Assembly: GCA_022574205.1 (NCBI GenBank)
Contig: JACZSL010000002.1
Coordinates: forward strand, 11,965 to 75,964
DNA from: Patescibacteria group bacterium
GTDB taxonomy: Bacteria > Patescibacteriota > Minisyncoccia > Phycocordibacterales > JACZSL01
DNA length: 64,000 nt
Direction: 5' to 3'
The notes below the pieces were generated by a model, which saw only the letters and a program-made list of their open reading frames with translations, did not search any database and was not told where the DNA came from. The first letter of the stretch is position 1. Every line of letters begins with the position of its first letter. The translations under genes were made by a program, and so were the position numbers. This document shows positions 55,920-64,000 of this stretch, in pieces.

Positions 55920-56965
55920 TATTCAAATAAAACATTAAACGAGGTCTCCGCTTCTTGCAAAACTTTAAACGGAAGGTTGTTGTTTATTACTTTTAATAAT
56001 ACCTCTGCCTGACCCGTTTCTACACCCTCACGACGAAACGTAATTTCGTTTCCCTGTTCTTCTCTGGGGATATCAATATCTTTTCTGTCTACACGCCATC
56101 TATAATTTAATAGCCTCCCAAAAACATCCTCAAGGGAAAAGAAATAAGGTTCTGCGCGAAAAACAACTTCGTCTTCTGTAAAATTATACAAACCCTTTAT
56201 TACAGAACCGTACACCACACCCTCAAGAGGCCGCTTTTCATAGATTAGAATCTCTTGTGCGTATACCGGGACAACAGCAGTACTCTGCGCGCGCACAGAG
56301 CCATTTGGTGACGAAACGGAAACAGACACAATAAGCGGCACTTCACGAAGAATCTCGTTTTGGAGCACAATACTTTGCCTGCCAACTCCGGACGCTTTCC
56401 CCAAAACAACACCGCTCTGACTCCACGTATAAACAAGCTTTTTTGGATCTATCTTCTTTCCGGCACTATCTGCAATTTCAGGCATAGCAACAAACGTTAT
56501 TAGACCCGCGGACGGAGCAAGAGCTTTCCCTCTATAAAAAGGGGGTGTATACGAGAATGCTTCCCATACAAGATTTATTTCACTAGGAATTACCTCAACC
56601 TCACGAACAAAAAGTTCTCCTTTATCCGTTTCGATCACAACACTCACCCTACTGGAACTTCCAAGTCCTCGTGTGGTGAAACGAGCACGACTCTCCCCAA
56701 CACCAACAAGCCGCACAGTTCCGTTTAGTGTCCACGTTATATTAGAAAGTCCCAGATCAATCGTTTCACTTTCCAAAGTAACAACAACCATTTCGTATAA
56801 CCCCGGGGTTTTTGGTGAGAGAGTTATGGATATTGAGCCAGTTGCCGCTTGCGCATGCGTCTCTAAGGCAAGCATGAGCACAAAAAGTAAGCTAAAAACC
56901 ACAATAACCGCCACACAATAGACTCGAATTGGATTATATGTATTAATCGGGAGAATATGTTTCAT
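55919..56965 (-). CDS. hypothetical secreted protein
   Basis: N-terminal signal/TM; beta-rich; start overlaps the upstream stop (operon packing). Confidence 0.4.
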   Translation of the reverse strand: MKHILPINTYNPIRVYCVAVIVVFSLLFVLMLALETHAQAATGSISITLSPKTPGLYEMVVVTLESETIDLGLSNITWTLNGTVRLVGVGESRARFTTRGLGSSSRVSVVIETDKGELFVREVEVIPSEINLVWEAFSYTPPFYRGKALAPSAGLITFVAMPEIADSAGKKIDPKKLVYTWSQSGVVLGKASGVGRQSIVLQNEILREVPLIVSVSVSSPNGSVRAQSTAVVPVYAQEILIYEKRPLEGVVYGSVIKGLYNFTEDEVVFRAEPYFFSLEDVFGRLLNYRWRVDRKDIDIPREEQGNEITFRREGVETGQAEVLLKVINNNLPFKVLQEAETSFNVLFE

Positions 56966-56976
56966 AGAATAATATA

Positions 56977-57555
56977 CTATATACCTTGTACAAAAGCATT
57001 AAAACCAGCTTTCTTGCTTGCCATTTTTCTAAAGCGTTCATTATTCTCTAGGACGCGCACTAACACAAGACTTACGGACGCCATGGGGAGTATTCCTGTG
57101 AAAGGCAGAATCTCGAGAACCATACTTACAACGAAAACTACAAGTTTGCGTGAGGTGAGTTTAACGTCATTCATCATATAATATATAAGGAGAGTAAACG
57201 TAATCATCAGACCAAAAATCACACTAAAAATGATTAAAATAACCGAAAACGTAAACACAATATCTAACATATCTTTCAACAACGTAAGAAACAACATCGC
57301 TATAAATAAAGGGCCGGTTAATTTTTTTTGTGATTGTTGCGGTTTTCTTTGTTTCTCCGCTTCACGTCCTTTTCGTTTTTTCAGTCTTTGTTGCGCGATA
57401 CGCGCAACCTTTTCAGCACCCACAACCATTGCCTCCACACTCGCCTGCTCAGGGGCTCTCTGCGCCGCACGCGCAGGTCTGTGCATTGAACCGTAAGCAG
57501 CTGCTCGCGTCCCGATTCTTCGAACCCTTTGCAAATTTTCATTTTTATCTGCCAT
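56977..57555 (-). CDS. hypothetical membrane protein (basic N-terminus plus 3-4 TM)
   Basis: Composition and hydropathy only. Confidence 0.35.
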   Translation of the reverse strand: MADKNENLQRVRRIGTRAAAYGSMHRPARAAQRAPEQASVEAMVVGAEKVARIAQQRLKKRKGREAEKQRKPQQSQKKLTGPLFIAMLFLTLLKDMLDIVFTFSVILIIFSVIFGLMITFTLLIYYMMNDVKLTSRKLVVFVVSMVLEILPFTGILPMASVSLVLVRVLENNERFRKMASKKAGFNAFVQGI

Positions 57556-57556
57556 A

Positions 57557-59401
57557 TTACTTATCTATATTTTGTGGTGCGTTTTGAGCGTCCCCATGTT
57601 CTGCTTTCAGCTCCTCTTTAGCTTTTTTAATAGCAAGCAGTTGTGATGGGTCTGAGGTAATAATCTGGTCTTCAGTGTACGAGGCAATAATCTTAATTGC
57701 GACGTGTTTCAGCCCGGCAAAGAAGATTCCCTCACCCACACCACTCTCAAGTAAAAGATATTTTTCCTCATCAGTCAAATGGAATGTTTTTTGGAGTAAG
57801 TCAACAGATGTTGGAGACTGTTTCATAAGAAGCTGAATCGAGGAGTTTGTAAGCATCGGTGTTCCGTACGGACTTCGTAAGAAGTCCTCAACGTCTTGAG
57901 TAATAGTCGCAAGGCCAAGATAATATTTTCTTCCGCGTTTCGCCATACTATAAAGGAAACTTGCGGTATCTTCTGATTTCATCATCCACCACGCCTCGTC
58001 AATAACTAAAAGTCTTTTACGAAGATCACGCCTCACCGCGTTCCAGATAAAGTGTGTCACGATATACATCGCAATACTTTTGAGGTCATCCTCCATATCT
58101 CGTACTGAAAAAACAACGAATTTTTTATTAATATCAACATTGGTTGGCCTATTAATAAAGTCAGACCACGAGCCTTTAGTATATTTCTCAAGACGCTGAA
58201 CCAGACTTTCAGCCCCCTCCATTCCAGCAAGCACAAGCTCGAAATCGGACAGTAAAGGAGGCTCAACCCCTTCAAAATTCGAATCAGCAGTAATATCTTT
58301 CAAAGCATATGTTTCCGTGATTGCACGGTCCACAATAGAATCTTCCTCAGGAGTAAGACCACCAAACATCATACGAAATAGACCAACAAGATTTATTACC
58401 TGTGAGCGAAGTACATCAGTAGGAGCTTCGTCCTCTCGAGGTATTGGTAAATCAAATGGGTTAATGTGGTGTTCCGAAGAAAGGGAAATTTTAAAGTATC
58501 TTCCACCGGTTGCATTCGAAAGATACTCGTATTCACGCTCTGGGTCAATTACGATGACGTCAATATCGAACATAAGCGATCTCAGAATCTCAAGCTTCAT
58601 TGCATAACTCTTGCCAGAACCACTTTTTGCGAACACCACAGAGTTGTAATTCTCAAGAGAAAAACGATCAAAGAGCACTAAACCGGAATTATGCCTGTTC
58701 ACTCCGTATAGAATTCCTCGATCTGAAGTTAAGTCAAATGAAATAAACGGAAAAATACTAGAAAGCGGAGACGAATTCAATTTAGAGTGAACGCTTAAAA
58801 GATCGATCCCAAGGGGGATAACACTCATAAAACCCTGTTCTTGTTGGAAAAGCGCAGGCTTTATGTAAATAAGTTTCGAGTCAAGAAGTCCTTTTAGCTC
58901 CGACTCCAACTTGTCTAGATCTTCAGTCGAATTTCCATATATAGTTATATATACACCAACATCAAACAATTTTTCCTTCGCCTGCATAAGATCATCACGT
59001 AATTGCTCTAGGTCTTGATGCGCGGTATCAAGTTTTGGATCGCGAACAAGACCTTTATCCTGCCGCATATGGATCTGACTTTGCACTTCAGCAACTTTTT
59101 TCTGAAAACGTTTTAAGGCAACTGTTGTATCAACAGGGTGTATAAAAATCGAAATGTCTATCACACGATCAAGATTTATCACAGGAGAGAACCAGCTTTG
59201 GTTTAGAAATCTTGGATATGAAATAACAAAGAAAGTGCGGGCTATTTTCTCACCCAAATGAAGCTCGCGTGGCGACACCCTAAGCGCACTAGGAGCAATA
59301 ACATCTTTCAACTGAAGCACTCCGGCTTCATAAATTTGTTGAGGCAACACCGGTGCGCCCATCCCTTTCTTTTTTGGTTTAAATATATCTAAGAGACCCA
59401 T
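57557..59401 (-). CDS. virB4: VirB4/TrbE/CagE-family type IV secretion ATPase
   Basis: N-terminal ...LGEKIARTFFVISYPRFLNQSWFSPVINL..SIFIHP; Walker A VVFAKSGSGKSYAMK; Walker B/arginine-finger region LLVIDEAWWMM...GRKYYLGLATITQ. Confidence 0.85.
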   Translation of the reverse strand: MGLLDIFKPKKKGMGAPVLPQQIYEAGVLQLKDVIAPSALRVSPRELHLGEKIARTFFVISYPRFLNQSWFSPVINLDRVIDISIFIHPVDTTVALKRFQKKVAEVQSQIHMRQDKGLVRDPKLDTAHQDLEQLRDDLMQAKEKLFDVGVYITIYGNSTEDLDKLESELKGLLDSKLIYIKPALFQQEQGFMSVIPLGIDLLSVHSKLNSSPLSSIFPFISFDLTSDRGILYGVNRHNSGLVLFDRFSLENYNSVVFAKSGSGKSYAMKLEILRSLMFDIDVIVIDPEREYEYLSNATGGRYFKISLSSEHHINPFDLPIPREDEAPTDVLRSQVINLVGLFRMMFGGLTPEEDSIVDRAITETYALKDITADSNFEGVEPPLLSDFELVLAGMEGAESLVQRLEKYTKGSWSDFINRPTNVDINKKFVVFSVRDMEDDLKSIAMYIVTHFIWNAVRRDLRKRLLVIDEAWWMMKSEDTASFLYSMAKRGRKYYLGLATITQDVEDFLRSPYGTPMLTNSSIQLLMKQSPTSVDLLQKTFHLTDEEKYLLLESGVGEGIFFAGLKHVAIKIIASYTEDQIITSDPSQLLAIKKAKEELKAEHGDAQNAPQNIDK

Positions 59402-59650
59402 GTTTGTACCGTTATAAACTAATATTAAATTTAATCTCCTTCATAATATTCTTTTTATAATATTGATGTATTTTAATAATATATGATAAATTTTTAATTT
59501 CTATCGGCACCTGTACCGCCTGCCCCGTTGTGAGCTCTACTCTACTTTGGGTTATAAATTAATGATAAGTCTAACTTCTCTAATAAGATATCTTTTGTAA
59601 TGTGGATGTTTATTGGTAATATCTTGTCAGTATTTAATTTCATATCGGTA

Positions 59651-60313
59651 CTATTTTTCAAGTGGAATTGGTTTTGATAACTCACCAGGGTTAAAGAGCC
59701 TGTAAAATAATTCAATAATTTCTTCCGTGCCGAGACTTACAACCCGAATACCTGTTCGAGCAAGACCCTGCTCTACAACCGACACCCTCTGCTCTATTTG
59801 AGAACGGCTTTTCTCGAAAGCCACGGCTTTAGCCTCACTTTTTGTTTTCTTCCCCTCCCCTTTTTTCTCTACAAGTTCGAGTAGAGAAAACAGTCCTTTT
59901 TTTGCCTGCACAACAGAAGCAGAATATGGAATTACAATAAAAAAGTGTTTTGACATAATATTTGTATCTTCCACAAACTTCTTCACGAACTCAATATATT
60001 CACGTGTCTGGATCTGCATTAAATCATTTGTTTGCGCCTTATACCGCTCTTCAAGGAGCGCGATATAAGGGCGAATATCAAGATCGCGTGACTGAATGAA
60101 GATCTGCACCGGAAACTCAAGGGAATTAAGAAAGTTTTGGAATTGGGAAAGAATTGCTTCTTGCTCGTCGGCACCTTTAAGCGCAAAGTTTAATGAACTC
60201 GTCATAACTATAGCTCGCATCGAACCATCTTTCAGTATTACGATTCCATCACGCACCTCTTCAATTGGTACGAAGTCCTGTGTCGCCCTTGCATCTTTAA
60301 TTGATATTGCCAT
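59651..60313 (-). CDS. hypothetical soluble T4SS-cluster protein (weak resemblance to VirB4 N-terminal domain)
   Basis: ...DFVPIEEVRDGIVILKDGSMRAIVMTSSLNFALKGADEQEAILSQFQNFLNSL...; no TM. Confidence 0.3.
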   Translation of the reverse strand: MAISIKDARATQDFVPIEEVRDGIVILKDGSMRAIVMTSSLNFALKGADEQEAILSQFQNFLNSLEFPVQIFIQSRDLDIRPYIALLEERYKAQTNDLMQIQTREYIEFVKKFVEDTNIMSKHFFIVIPYSASVVQAKKGLFSLLELVEKKGEGKKTKSEAKAVAFEKSRSQIEQRVSVVEQGLARTGIRVVSLGTEEIIELFYRLFNPGELSKPIPLEK

Positions 60314-60731
60314 CGTCCTGTTTGTTATTAATATCTAAACTCTCTTGAATATCTAAACTCCATGATAAATCTTTTAATTTACTGTCAGAAAGCCTTGGAA
60401 CAAACAAACCGAGATCCTCCTCCCCTCCCTCATCCCTCTTCTTAATTTTTCGGTCTTGTTTTTTCCACACATATAAGCGTTTTCTTCCGGCATAATGGAA
60501 AGCAGCCTCCAACACTTCTATAAAAGGTCTATCGTTTACCTTATAGAATGCGAGGGCCGCACCAAGAGCAACAATGGGCGCAGCAAGAAGCACAGCGAGC
60601 ACGAGCGGAAGAAATGAATACAAAACAAAAACAATACCGGCTGAGCCGACAATGTAGACAAACTGCTTCACGGTGAGCGGTCCGAAAATTTTATCTTCAA
60701 CATCAATATATTGTGGTACTTGAAAACGCAT
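60297..60731 (-). CDS. PrgI/VirB3-like small membrane protein
   Basis: MRFQVPQYIDVEDKIFGPLTVKQFVYIVGSAGIVFVLY... two TM; PrgI-family N-terminal pattern; overlaps neighbouring genes. Confidence 0.5.
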   Translation of the reverse strand: MRFQVPQYIDVEDKIFGPLTVKQFVYIVGSAGIVFVLYSFLPLVLAVLLAAPIVALGAALAFYKVNDRPFIEVLEAAFHYAGRKRLYVWKKQDRKIKKRDEGGEEDLGLFVPRLSDSKLKDLSWSLDIQESLDINNKQDDGNIN

Positions 60732-60743
60732 ATATTTATTCTA

Positions 60744-61169
60744 CTATATTGGCTCGCGATATGGATCCACGGCGTATTCGTGACTCGGTCTCTTTTTGTC
60801 TTCAATTACAGACCCGACATCTTTATTTGACTCACGCTCTTTATCCCTATTCAAAAACGCCTCTTCTAAAAGCTCTCTATTTGGAATCAAGATATTTTCA
60901 TTAATTACCTTAACAATTTTTTCTGTTCGATCTCGCGAGATTTGTGCCCTATGTCTGATGTTTGTAACTAAACCATTAGGATTTTCAAGGCCCAATAGAA
61001 CAAGCATTATTTCATTTTCCACAGCAATTCGTTGGTGATCTTGAAGCGGGTGACCCTCTGCCACCCTAGATAACACACCCTCAAAGTGACTAGAAACAAA
61101 TAAATCCCGTAGCGCTTGTGGCAACTCTAAAAATGTTTTTTGCAATGTATTACTTAATTCCTCGTTCAT
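60744..61169 (-). CDS. hypothetical protein, paralog B of a tandem pair
   Basis: Shares the LPxxL...ExxLLxLLGxE N-terminal pattern with the 61182-61745 product. Confidence 0.35.
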   Translation of the reverse strand: MNEELSNTLQKTFLELPQALRDLFVSSHFEGVLSRVAEGHPLQDHQRIAVENEIMLVLLGLENPNGLVTNIRHRAQISRDRTEKIVKVINENILIPNRELLEEAFLNRDKERESNKDVGSVIEDKKRPSHEYAVDPYREPI

Positions 61170-61181
61170 TTTACTTGTTAG

Positions 61182-61745
61182 TTATTGGTTTGGCGTTTGA
61201 GGTTGTTGGTCGTTCGCCGACCCATTAAAGTTTCTCACCAACACTATTAACCTTTCTGTTTTATCTAACTTTTCACGCAATTGATTAGCAATATCCTGTC
61301 GTTCTCTGGACACAAACCACGCCGGCGAGTAGGATCTTTTAGCTTGCGGCATAGATTTCTCTAAAGTATCGACAACACCCCCTTCCTTTTCAGCCATATT
61401 GCTTCCTGTTTCTCCAGCAAGAGCTTTTTGTATTTTACCAATTTCTTCTAACGATTCATCAATCGAACGAAAAACTTCCATATGTACATGTCCTGCGATT
61501 GTGCTTGCTAAATCACTGTCCAGACCTGGAACACTTTTCAGATTAAACTCGTAATTAGACATATGTTCAATACCTAACAATATTAACAACGTTTCTTCTG
61601 TGATTGCTTCAAGCTGTTCTTTTGGAATTTTGTATTGCGCTAGTACTTGTGAAAGTCTCCCCCTTTGCACGATTGATCCTACCACTTGTTGTAAATCAGC
61701 AGGCAATCTCTTGTAATTATCTATTAGTATTTGTTGTTCGTCCAT
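61182..61745 (-). CDS. hypothetical protein, paralog A of a tandem pair
   Basis: LPADLQQVVGSIVQRGRLSQVLAQYKIPKEQLEAITEETLLILLGIEHMSNY... Confidence 0.35.
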   Translation of the reverse strand: MDEQQILIDNYKRLPADLQQVVGSIVQRGRLSQVLAQYKIPKEQLEAITEETLLILLGIEHMSNYEFNLKSVPGLDSDLASTIAGHVHMEVFRSIDESLEEIGKIQKALAGETGSNMAEKEGGVVDTLEKSMPQAKRSYSPAWFVSRERQDIANQLREKLDKTERLIVLVRNFNGSANDQQPQTPNQ

Positions 61746-61754
61746 AAAATTTTT

Positions 61755-63656
61755 CTAGGTGTCTTTGCCCGTGTCTATTGGATTTTTAGCAAAATAATCC
61801 TTCAAACCATCATCGATGCCTTTTTCCTTTCTTTTTATGCTTTTTCTTTGCGCTTTAAGTTCTTTGATTTCGTTATCAAGCAATGTCAGATCTTTCTCTT
61901 TCTCACTTAGGACTTTCTGTGCATTATCCAGTTCGTATTGAATCTCGTTAGCATTTGAGTGATTTCCATCAGAGCGCGCTTGAATGTAAGCTTTTCTTTT
62001 TGTGTCAACATCCTGCTCAGCTTTGGATTTAGCGTCTTTCTTGTCTTTATAATCTTCTTTTGTTTTAAAGTCGTCGATTTGTTTTACAATCCCCCTGTTA
62101 TGCTCTCTTTCTTTTAATTTCCCTATCTTTTGCGCCGCTTCTTTGTCTCTACGAGAAGTCCACAGTCCTAAACGAGATGGAGACTTTTTATCTCTCAAAT
62201 TTTCGGCATATTTTTCCCTTTCTGTGTCTGTCATACCTAAGCTATCAGCAAATTTCTCATCTTTCTTTGTTTTATCATCCATCTTTTTTGCAAAACCTCC
62301 TTTTCCTCCACCCTTAACCCCCTTAATTCCAACAAGCCCTAGCGCTTTTGATACCCCTTTTACATTTCTTATATCTCCACTTGACCCCGCAATACCCTGA
62401 AAAGCTTTTAATTGCACTCTAGCAAATCTGCCACCTTCAGCCGCGCGTTTTTGCAAACTTTCATTTTGAGCCACTCTACTCGCTATCCGTCCGGCAGTTT
62501 GTCTATAAGCAAGAGCTGCTGCTCCAGCTCCTCCAGCTCCCACAGCAACTCCCACAGCAACCCCACCTTTCGCAAATCTTTTGGTAATTTTTGCAGCTGT
62601 AGCACCCGCTTCTCCAGCCGCAGCCTTGGCAATGTTAAGCGCGGCAATCAAAAGACCAATGATTATGGCAAAATTCATTAATATTCCGGCAGATTCAGAA
62701 AGCAACGAGTTATTATTCTTCCCCACACCAGAGCTTATTGCGGTTCCTAACTCTTGTTCAGGCGTAATCCAGCCAGCGAGAAAATTAGCGTCCAGAGTGA
62801 TAACCATAATCGCCGCTATTAGTACAAGAAATACAGGAACCACCAAGACATTTCCGATAAGCGCCGCAACCCACTTTTTCCAAAACGCCTGAGCTGCGCC
62901 GGTAGGAAGAATTGCCGCGACAAAAGCAACAGGGGAAGCAATAAGAACAATAATAAGAACAACCGTCCTCTGTACGAAAAGAAGTCCAGCTGATAAAAAT
63001 ACAAACCCGGAAATAAGAAGAAAGATTGTTCCCATAAGGTAAAAAGTAAACGTTTTCCGCGCTTCAATTTCTACACCTTCGTAGATGGAAGATGTTTTCA
63101 AGCTTGTAGACAATATCTCACCAATCGATGCCTTTCTTGTTAAGGTCCCCGAGTCGGTTGTAACCGTAACTTCAGGCGTAAGTGTTTCATAAATAAAACT
63201 CCCCGTTATATTTCCAGCATCAATCACCGCGCCAGTTAGGAAAAAACTAAAGTTTACAAGAAGTGCCGCTATAATAACATGAGTCACCAACCGCTTTGTT
63301 TGTACCCCGCCAATCTGAAGCACTGTCATGAAAGCGATGTAAAGGAGAATAAAAATGAATGCCATATTGGCAAGGTCGCGAAACACTTCCCATCCAACCC
63401 TTATCCCGCCAAGCTGATAGAATGAAGAATCAAGCGTTACTCGGAGAGCTATATCAAGGAAAGCCGCTCCAGCGCCGGAAATCCAACTACCGAACGTAAG
63501 CATAGCATCGCCAACAGCTTCTATTACGTCATTATGTACGATAGCGTAAACTGGTTCCGGCGTAAAAAATCCTCCAAAAGAAAGACTTAAAATAAGAACA
63601 ATAAACACTTTCGCAAGAGCCTTTTGTGCTTTTGTGCTTTTTTGAAAAATGTACAT
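61755..63656 (-). CDS. VirB6/TrbL-like polytopic membrane protein with a long charged C-terminal tail
   Basis: Signal/TM, then ≥6 TM helices, Gly/Ala-rich segment, ~200-aa Lys/Glu-rich coiled-coil tail. Confidence 0.6.
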   Translation of the reverse strand: MYIFQKSTKAQKALAKVFIVLILSLSFGGFFTPEPVYAIVHNDVIEAVGDAMLTFGSWISGAGAAFLDIALRVTLDSSFYQLGGIRVGWEVFRDLANMAFIFILLYIAFMTVLQIGGVQTKRLVTHVIIAALLVNFSFFLTGAVIDAGNITGSFIYETLTPEVTVTTDSGTLTRKASIGEILSTSLKTSSIYEGVEIEARKTFTFYLMGTIFLLISGFVFLSAGLLFVQRTVVLIIVLIASPVAFVAAILPTGAAQAFWKKWVAALIGNVLVVPVFLVLIAAIMVITLDANFLAGWITPEQELGTAISSGVGKNNNSLLSESAGILMNFAIIIGLLIAALNIAKAAAGEAGATAAKITKRFAKGGVAVGVAVGAGGAGAAALAYRQTAGRIASRVAQNESLQKRAAEGGRFARVQLKAFQGIAGSSGDIRNVKGVSKALGLVGIKGVKGGGKGGFAKKMDDKTKKDEKFADSLGMTDTEREKYAENLRDKKSPSRLGLWTSRRDKEAAQKIGKLKEREHNRGIVKQIDDFKTKEDYKDKKDAKSKAEQDVDTKRKAYIQARSDGNHSNANEIQYELDNAQKVLSEKEKDLTLLDNEIKELKAQRKSIKRKEKGIDDGLKDYFAKNPIDTGKDT

Positions 63657-63695
63657 TATGTTGTATTCAAGCCGGAAAAATTATCTGCTCTAAAA

Positions 63696-64000
<305 letters not shown>

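Noticed and set aside
59651-60313. Interpretation of the 220-aa ORF as a split-off N-terminal domain of VirB4
   Set aside because: The adjacent 614-aa VirB4 already contains its own N-terminal domain (…ARTFFVISYPRFL…SIFIHP), so the 220-aa protein is more likely a distinct component; kept as hypothetical.

Overview
The window is a low-GC, gene-dense bacterial chromosome segment. Its style (short genes, many DUF proteins, Gram-positive-like type IV pilus genes without a secretin, rplK not followed by rplA) suggests a Patescibacteria/CPR (Parcubacteria-like) genome; this is an inference. Reading left to right it contains the following. (1) A partial eukaryote-type ileS carrying an inserted histidine-phosphatase domain, then alkA, argS and a thymidylate/folate block (glyA, thyA, dCMP deaminase, folA, folD). 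(2) secE-nusG-rplK, a LivF-like ABC ATPase C-terminal fragment and a thiol-disulfide cluster (ccdA, TlpA-like, DsbA-like, DUF3105, DUF3179). (3) An ArsR/ZIP regulator-transporter pair. (4) A tRNA-rich region with two LAGLIDADG homing endonuclease genes that directly abut tRNA genes, a 42-bp tandem repeat array, a duplicated tRNA 3' end, and two repeated-element families. (5) pilMNO and pilB type IV pilus genes, ruvABC, polA, holA, tsaE, tyrS, a class A PBP, and the replication-origin neighbourhood (dnaA-dnaN divergent from rpmH-rnpA-yidC-jag). (6) At the right end, a tightly packed minus-strand type IV secretion-like cluster: VirB4, VirB6/TrbL-like, PrgI/VirB3-like, a VirB2-like pilin candidate and several hypothetical membrane or secreted proteins. 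The cluster is preceded by a gene whose C-terminus is a long (GGC)n-encoded polyproline tract. This cluster is the best candidate in the window for an undescribed system. No rRNA genes, CRISPR array, integrase or transposase were seen.
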